From positions 30,514 to 94,513 of the IMG/VR virus record IMGVR_UViG_2867207765_000001: 64,000 nt of DNA; one strand, written 5' to 3'. The notes under the pieces were generated by a model, which saw only the letters and a program-made list of their open reading frames with translations, was not told the DNA's origin and searched no databases. The stretch is from a virus (lineage: Duplodnaviria; Caudoviricetes). This document shows positions 57,954 to 64,000 of this stretch, piece after piece. Position 1 is the first letter of the stretch; every line of letters starts with the position of its first letter. The position numbers and the translations under genes are program-made.

Positions 57954-60077
57954 ATGGCCGACATGCAACGCCCGCAAGGGTTCGACGACACCGCCGACGG
58001 CGGGGCAGCGCAGCAGCAGTCGCCGGCGCAGCAGCATCAGCGTCAGCCGACAGCACCCGGCGGCGGGCCCCGCCGACCGGGACTGCTCGGTCAGGGAGCC
58101 AGCGCCGGTCTTGGCGCGGTTGGCCGCGCTGTCGGCGGTCGCACCCCTGGTCGCAGCCGCTTCGCCAGCATCCGCGACACCGCGTCCACCTTCGGCAGCA
58201 GCGCTCCGTCCACCTCTGCGCAGGCGGCGTCCGGCGCTGAGCAGGCGAAGGACTTCGCCAAGGACGCCGTCAAGGAAATCGCCAAGGGCGCGCTCACCGG
58301 CGGGTACGCCGGCGCCGCGAAGGGCGCGTTCAAGGCCATCATCCGCAACAAGTGGGCGATGACCACCATTGGGTTCATCGTCGTCGCCATCATCGCCGGA
58401 CCGGCGCTGCTCATCGGTGCGGTCGCGATGAGCGCCAGCACCGCGAAGAACGCCGCGAACGCGCACGCCAACGACGTCGCCGTCGCCACTGCCGTCGCCA
58501 GCGGCCAAACCGACGACGCGGTCGCGAAAGCTCAAGCGGACACCGCGCAGTCGAACATCCCCTGGCAGATCTGGCTGGCGTACACCGACAACGGCGGGCA
58601 GACGCAGGACACCGCAGGGAACTCCATGCTCGATGACCTGTCGTCCGCGCTGGCAAAGCAGGACGGACACACCTCCGACTGGGACCTGCTGAACGGCGCT
58701 GAACTAGTGGAGAACTCCTCCTCGGAGTACAAGCTCAGCACCGACAGCGACGACAAGCAGGCGCAAGCCACCACCGAGAAGCTCTACGACGCGGTGCTGC
58801 AGAACCCCGGAGCGCTGCCCGCAGCAACCGCAGACACGGTGTTCACCACCGCCCGCAGCTGGGCGCTCGGCCTCGTGTCCGCCTGCTCCTCCAACGGCTC
58901 CGCGTCCGCGTCCGGAGATGGCGCACCACAAGCAACCGGGGTACCAGCCGAACGGGCACCCGTCGACAAGAACCCAGGCGGCACGCTGACGACGCTCGCG
59001 CCCGGCCAGGTGAACAACGCCCGCGCCATCATCGGTATCGCCAAGACCATCTTCGCCAAGTCCAGCGAGGATGACCAGAAGCAGGCGGCGCTCATCGGTC
59101 TCATCACCGCGCTGGTGGAGTCGAACATTGAGAACCTGGACTTCGGCGACCGGGACTCCATTGGCGCGTTCCAGCAGCGAGACACCTGGGGCACCGAGAC
59201 GGAACGCACCAGCATCTACTACTCGTCGTCGGCGTTCTTCAACCGGCTCATTGCGAAGAAGACCTGGGCGACCGGAGAACCCGGCGCCGTCGCTCAGTCG
59301 GTGCAGATCTCCGGCTACCCGGACCGGTACGCGCAGAAGGAAGGCATCGGCCGGGAGATCCTCGCCGCGTACTGGGACGGCGTTGACCCCATCGCTGAGC
59401 CGAACCCGCCAGGACCGCCGGTGACCGTCACCGACGGGCACGGCCACGCCCTCGCCGGCAGCACCACCACCAGCAGCAGCAGCGGAACCAGTGGCAGCAG
59501 TGGTGGCGCGGACAGCGTCTCCAGCTGCACCGTCAGCAGCAGCTTCACTGGCGGTTCGGTGGGCACGAATGACCCGGGCCCCGACCATCCGGGACCCGGC
59601 GCAACCTCCTCCGGTGCCCAAGCGAACGGCGAAGAAGTCGCCGCGGCGCTCGCATTCGCAGGCCAGCAGCTCGGAAAGCCGTACCAGCTCGGCGGCGCCG
59701 GGCCCGACGTCTGGGACTGCTCTGGCCTGGTCATGGTGTCCTACGGCACCGCCGGGGTCGGCGTCGGCATGAAAGACGGCGTTCCGCAGCACGACTCCCA
59801 CAAGCAGTTCAGCCTCGCAAAGTCCGACCAGGTGTTCCCGTACTCGCAACGCGAACGCGGGGACCTGCTGTTCTGGGGACGCCCGAACACCAGCATCTAC
59901 CACGTCGGTTTCTACCTTGGGCAGGACGCGAAGGGGCAGGACTGGATGCTCGCCGCTCCGAAGGAAGGCGACGTCGTCAAGATTCAGCCTGTGTGGGGCG
60001 GCCCCGCCGGACAGGGCGACCTGATGGACAAGGTTGTCCGCCCCACCGTCGACCCGTTCAAGGCCGCCGGCAAGTAG
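57954..60077 (+). CDS. membrane-anchored peptidoglycan hydrolase (lysozyme-like + NlpC/P60), conjugation-type
   Basis: ALVESNIENL..GDRDSIGAFQQR...VQISGYPDRY; GKPYQLGG...DCSGLV...HVG. Confidence 0.88.
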   Translation: MADMQRPQGFDDTADGGAAQQQSPAQQHQRQPTAPGGGPRRPGLLGQGASAGLGAVGRAVGGRTPGRSRFASIRDTASTFGSSAPSTSAQAASGAEQAKDFAKDAVKEIAKGALTGGYAGAAKGAFKAIIRNKWAMTTIGFIVVAIIAGPALLIGAVAMSASTAKNAANAHANDVAVATAVASGQTDDAVAKAQADTAQSNIPWQIWLAYTDNGGQTQDTAGNSMLDDLSSALAKQDGHTSDWDLLNGAELVENSSSEYKLSTDSDDKQAQATTEKLYDAVLQNPGALPAATADTVFTTARSWALGLVSACSSNGSASASGDGAPQATGVPAERAPVDKNPGGTLTTLAPGQVNNARAIIGIAKTIFAKSSEDDQKQAALIGLITALVESNIENLDFGDRDSIGAFQQRDTWGTETERTSIYYSSSAFFNRLIAKKTWATGEPGAVAQSVQISGYPDRYAQKEGIGREILAAYWDGVDPIAEPNPPGPPVTVTDGHGHALAGSTTTSSSSGTSGSSGGADSVSSCTVSSSFTGGSVGTNDPGPDHPGPGATSSGAQANGEEVAAALAFAGQQLGKPYQLGGAGPDVWDCSGLVMVSYGTAGVGVGMKDGVPQHDSHKQFSLAKSDQVFPYSQRERGDLLFWGRPNTSIYHVGFYLGQDAKGQDWMLAAPKEGDVVKIQPVWGGPAGQGDLMDKVVRPTVDPFKAAGK

Positions 60078-60142
60078 CGGCCGCTGCTTGTCCGCGCATA
60101 CCCACTTCCAGCACCCCACCTCGCAACCGATAGGGACTCCTG

Positions 60143-60892
60143 ATGGACCGCCGCAGACTCCTCACCATCCTCGGAATCGTCGCCGCCGGCGTCATCCTCC
60201 TCGCCGTCATCGTCGTGAACTTCTCCGCCGCGCACCACCAGCAGCAGGCGAAGGAGGAAGGGACCTCCGGCGTTGCCAGACACAGCACCACCCCGGAGCG
60301 CACCCAAACGGCAGCCACGCCGACACCCACCGCGGTCGGCAGGGCCTACCCGGGGCAGAACATCGACACGTCGTTCACCCCATCGCCGACGTACGTCGGC
60401 ACACCGCAGCAGGAACGCGACGCGAACTCCAGCGCGCAGGGCGCAGCCCCGAACGCGCAGGACACCGCCGACCAGACCGCAGCGGAAGCAGCCGCGGAAG
60501 CGTTCGTCCGCACCTGGGTCGGCTACGACGACAGCACCGCCACCGCAGCGCAGTCCCGTGCGACCGCAATCAAGAGTTTGGAAGCACCCGGCGCGAACCT
60601 CGAAGCCAGCCACTCCCGCCTCGCCGACTCGTACCAGGACTCCGGCGCCACCAGCCACACCGTCACCATCGACGGCGTCACCAGCGTGTACCCGGACGGG
60701 CAGCGCAACGGCCACTGGGTGATGCTCGTCACCGGGTCGTGGACCAGTGACGCGAACATCGCTGGCCACATCAACGAACTCCACGGCGAAGGGTCCTGGA
60801 TCGTCGAACTGCCCGCCCACGCAGGGAACCCGCAGCCGGTGTACTCCATCGAGGAGTCCCTCGGCGACTACAACGCCGACGAGGACAACTGA
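60143..60892 (+). CDS. single-TM exported protein (possible conjugation component)
   Basis: N-terminal TM; AEAFVRTW helix; follows the hydrolase. Confidence 0.7.
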   Translation: MDRRRLLTILGIVAAGVILLAVIVVNFSAAHHQQQAKEEGTSGVARHSTTPERTQTAATPTPTAVGRAYPGQNIDTSFTPSPTYVGTPQQERDANSSAQGAAPNAQDTADQTAAEAAAEAFVRTWVGYDDSTATAAQSRATAIKSLEAPGANLEASHSRLADSYQDSGATSHTVTIDGVTSVYPDGQRNGHWVMLVTGSWTSDANIAGHINELHGEGSWIVELPAHAGNPQPVYSIEESLGDYNADEDN

Positions 60893-60935
60893 CCCCCTGC
60901 CGGACCGTTTCAGCGACGCCGCACACACGTAGGGC

Positions 60936-61532
60936 ATGACAGCAGGCAAGCACCAGGTCCGCGCCCGTGACGTCGGCGCTGCCGTCGCGACGGGCCACTC
61001 GTCCACCGAGTTCGCCGCCCACCGCCGGCCAGAAGCGACCACGGAACTCACGCACCCCGTAGCCGGATGGGACACCGCTGTCACGGAACCAACCCACGAC
61101 CAAGTCGCTCGTGCGCGCGGCGCCGCGCGGCGCACGCTGATGTTCCGCCCGGGCGCCACCGCCGCCGACCTCGAGGAACTCACCCGGCAGAAGGCGCTCG
61201 TTATCGCCGACCAGGAAGCGGCATACCACGCGTGGAAAAACGGTGAACCACACCCGGACGACCAGGCGTACGGCGACATCTGGGCCGGGAACGCTGCCGG
61301 GGTCAGCCGAGCCGACGTGGAACGCAAGCTCGCCGACGCGCTCGCCGCCCGAACCAGCAACCCCACCCCGGGCCCCGGCCGCGGCTACCGGAACACCCGG
61401 CTCGCGCAGGAGCACCTCGACGAACGCATCGCCCTGTACCGGGAGGCGCTGGAATGCGAGGGACGGAACCTGTCCGTCAACCAGGCCAACGTCCGCCAGC
61501 AGAAGCGGTGGGACGTCGGCATCCCCTTCTGA
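60936..61532 (+). CDS. hypothetical protein with variant tag (STEFAAH)
   Basis: CGCACACAC upstream; 198-aa ORF. Confidence 0.7.
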   Translation: MTAGKHQVRARDVGAAVATGHSSTEFAAHRRPEATTELTHPVAGWDTAVTEPTHDQVARARGAARRTLMFRPGATAADLEELTRQKALVIADQEAAYHAWKNGEPHPDDQAYGDIWAGNAAGVSRADVERKLADALAARTSNPTPGPGRGYRNTRLAQEHLDERIALYREALECEGRNLSVNQANVRQQKRWDVGIPF

Positions 61533-61571
61533 ACGAAGCAGCTGCGATAACCGCACGCGCATAGAAGGGGT

Positions 61572-63716
61572 GTGAGCACGGGAACAGCGGTCATCAGCGG
61601 CACGTACAACAAGCCGCAGCTGAAGCTGTACTTCCACCCGTCCACGCCGCACGCCGACTCCCCGCACCGCACCCTCAAGGAGTGGCTGGAAGAGGGCCTC
61701 ATCGGCGGGAAGGGCGGTCAAGCGTTCTGGAACCGCAGCCTCGGCTGCTGGGTCGTCTCCGCCACCGGCGATGACCCAGACCGCATGTTCTCCCGCGCCG
61801 GGTTCGAATTGGACTTCTCCGAAACCCCCGGCACGACCCTCGCCGACATCATCAACCTCAACGAGCTCGTCACCCCGATCAGCAGACTCACCGCCAACGG
61901 CGCGAACGCGATGGTGCTACCCCGCCTGTACGGCTTCGACAACACCAAGAAGATCCTCGGCGCCGGAGCCCGCTGGGACCGGGACTTCAAACGGTTCGTG
62001 TTCCCCGCCACCGACGCATTGCACCGCAACGCTCCACGGAAAGGCATCCGCTGGGATCCGGCCATCATCGCCGCCGCCATCGAACAACGCGGCCGGGTCA
62101 CCACCCGCGAGGACCTCATGGACGTCGCCCGGAAAGCAGGCTCCGCGAAGGACATCCTCGAGATGGACGCCGACGACGTTGCGAAGCTCATCACCGAGGT
62201 CGGCGACGTTCCCGACTGGTTCGGGTTGGACCTGTTCCCGTTTCAACGCATCGGTGCGATCGCCATCGCCGCCGGCCACAACGCGCTCTTCGACGAGCCT
62301 GGGCTTGGGAAAACCCGCCAGTCAATCGCCGCGGCCGCAATCCTCGGCGCGAAGCGAACCCTCATCACCTGCCTGCCCGTCGGACTCACTGGCTGGCGTC
62401 GCGAGGTGCTCGAGTCGAACCTGCACACTCTGGGCGGCCAGTACCCGAACGGCGATGTCGCCGTCATCCGCTCCGGGAAGAAGGAACCGGTCTTCCCCGA
62501 CACCGGTGTCATCATCACCTCCGACGGTCTCCTGTCCGCCCGCGACGACCTCCGACGGCGCCTCATGGCGTGGGGTCCGGAAGTGTTCGTCTACGACGAA
62601 GCGCATCGCGGGAAGTCCTACGACTCCAAACGCTCCCAAGCTGTCCTCGAAGTCGGTGTCGCCACCACGAAGACACCGCTACCCGTCACCGGCACGCCAC
62701 TGCTGGCGAACCCGTCCGAACTCGCCCCCATCCTGGAACTCTCCGGCCACCTCGGACCGGTGTTCGGCGGGAAAGCGGCGTTCCTCGAGCGGTACTGCCG
62801 GGAGGACGGCTTCGGCGGCTACCGAGTCCGCAAGGAACACCTCCCGGAACTCAGCGCGAAACTCGCCGACCATGTCTGGGTTCGCCGCCGGAAGCGGGAC
62901 GTCCTCCCCGACCTTCCGCAAACACAGCGGGTCCCGAAGTGGGTGGACGTGCCCCTGACCGAGTACCGGAAAGCGCACCGCGAAGTCATCGGGAAGCTCA
63001 CCGACTGGGTGAAGAAGTGGCGGAAGGAGAACCCCGGACAGATCCTCGACGAGGACACCATCCACGAATACGCCGCGTCGCAGGTCGGACTCGTGTCGCT
63101 GCTGCGCCGCGCCGCCGGCCTGGCGAAGGTGGACACCGTCGTCGAAGACATCCGCCGCCACGTCGAGGAAACCACCGAACTCGTCGGCGGGAAGAAGGTG
63201 TTCACTCGACCCCTCATCGTATGGACGCAGCACCGCGAAGTGTCCGACGCGATGGCGCAAGCCGTGCCCGCAGCAGTCGCCGAATCCGGCATCATCCGCG
63301 GCGGTGTCTCCCACGCCGAACGTGACCGCCTCGTCGCCGAGTTCCAAGCCGGCCGAATCCCCGTCCTCGTGTGCTCCATCGCCGCAGCCGGGGTCGCCAT
63401 CACCCTCACCGCCTCCTCCGACATGTTCTTCGCCGAATCCGACTGGACCCCCGCCCTCATCCGACAGGCAATGGACCGAGCGGAACGCATCGGCCAGACC
63501 GCGGACCGCATCATCGCCACCACCTACCTCGCCGAAGGAACCCTCGACGGCCGAATCCAGAAGGTCCTGAAAGAGAAGTCGAAAACCCTCGACATCATCT
63601 TCGGCGACGGCAACGACGTCTCCGTCATCGACGACGGAGACGACGCGCAGTCGTCCACCGAACTCGTCGAATCGCTGATCTACGACATCCTCAACGGCAC
63701 TGTTGAGAAACCGTGA
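61572..63716 (+). CDS. SNF2-like DEAH helicase
   Basis: LFDEPGLGKT, DEAH, TGTP..N, QAMDRAERIGQ; leaderless GTG 10 nt after CGCA. Confidence 0.92.
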   Translation: MSTGTAVISGTYNKPQLKLYFHPSTPHADSPHRTLKEWLEEGLIGGKGGQAFWNRSLGCWVVSATGDDPDRMFSRAGFELDFSETPGTTLADIINLNELVTPISRLTANGANAMVLPRLYGFDNTKKILGAGARWDRDFKRFVFPATDALHRNAPRKGIRWDPAIIAAAIEQRGRVTTREDLMDVARKAGSAKDILEMDADDVAKLITEVGDVPDWFGLDLFPFQRIGAIAIAAGHNALFDEPGLGKTRQSIAAAAILGAKRTLITCLPVGLTGWRREVLESNLHTLGGQYPNGDVAVIRSGKKEPVFPDTGVIITSDGLLSARDDLRRRLMAWGPEVFVYDEAHRGKSYDSKRSQAVLEVGVATTKTPLPVTGTPLLANPSELAPILELSGHLGPVFGGKAAFLERYCREDGFGGYRVRKEHLPELSAKLADHVWVRRRKRDVLPDLPQTQRVPKWVDVPLTEYRKAHREVIGKLTDWVKKWRKENPGQILDEDTIHEYAASQVGLVSLLRRAAGLAKVDTVVEDIRRHVEETTELVGGKKVFTRPLIVWTQHREVSDAMAQAVPAAVAESGIIRGGVSHAERDRLVAEFQAGRIPVLVCSIAAAGVAITLTASSDMFFAESDWTPALIRQAMDRAERIGQTADRIIATTYLAEGTLDGRIQKVLKEKSKTLDIIFGDGNDVSVIDDGDDAQSSTELVESLIYDILNGTVEKP

Positions 63717-63781
63717 AACGGGACGCCGCGCTTCCAATCCGAAAGCCGCTGCTGATACTGGACCGCCGCATCTGCCCGGGC

Positions 63782-64000
63782 ATGACCGCCTCGACTCCCG
63801 CTCCACCGCATCCCATCACCGTCGGCGACGACGTCACCTGGGGGATGCATCCCGGCATCATCGGCACCGTCACCGGCGACGCACCAGCAGCAGGTGAAGT
63901 TTGGGTCGCACTCCCGGGACGCGACCACGACGAGGCAGCGCACCGCATCTGGCTCCGCCGCCCTGACACGGCCCGGTCGCCGCATCTCACCGGAGCATGA
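63782..64000 (+). CDS. small hypothetical SH3-like protein
   Basis: ITVGDDVTW...GTVT; ATG 63782. Confidence 0.55.
   Translation: MTASTPAPPHPITVGDDVTWGMHPGIIGTVTGDAPAAGEVWVALPGRDHDEAAHRIWLRRPDTARSPHLTGA

Overview
High-GC actinobacterial (probably Microbacteriaceae-type; inference from the tmRNA tag, WhiB and mIHF) extrachromosomal element, either a megaplasmid or a phage-plasmid. No capsid, terminase or rRNA genes are visible. Positions ~4.1-20.1 kb hold a minus-strand RNA island: 34 tRNA genes covering every amino acid except Phe, a tmRNA (tag ANASRTDYALAA), a ~410-nt GOLLD-like RNA, several degenerate or miniature tRNA-like elements and other structured spacers. RNA-repair genes (Rnl2-type ligase, HAD phosphatase) are interleaved. 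Positions 23.7-29.7 kb are a coupled operon: ParA/TadZ-like ATPase, WhiB, a possible second sigma-like protein, mIHF, a sigma-70-like factor and a GH6 glycoside hydrolase. It diverges across an AT-rich candidate origin from a replication module (primase-helicase, resolvase-like nuclease, DnaE). The right half has many small genes plus Orn, SSB, HNH, an NlpC/P60 hydrolase and an SNF2-like helicase. Two signals stand out. First, an element-wide promoter-like motif (CCG)CGCATAG, often exactly 10 nt before a start codon. Second, a variant CGCACA(C/T) that precedes eight genes sharing a ~30-aa N-terminal G-x-F tag on otherwise mostly unrelated cargo. All calls were made by eye; no searches were run.
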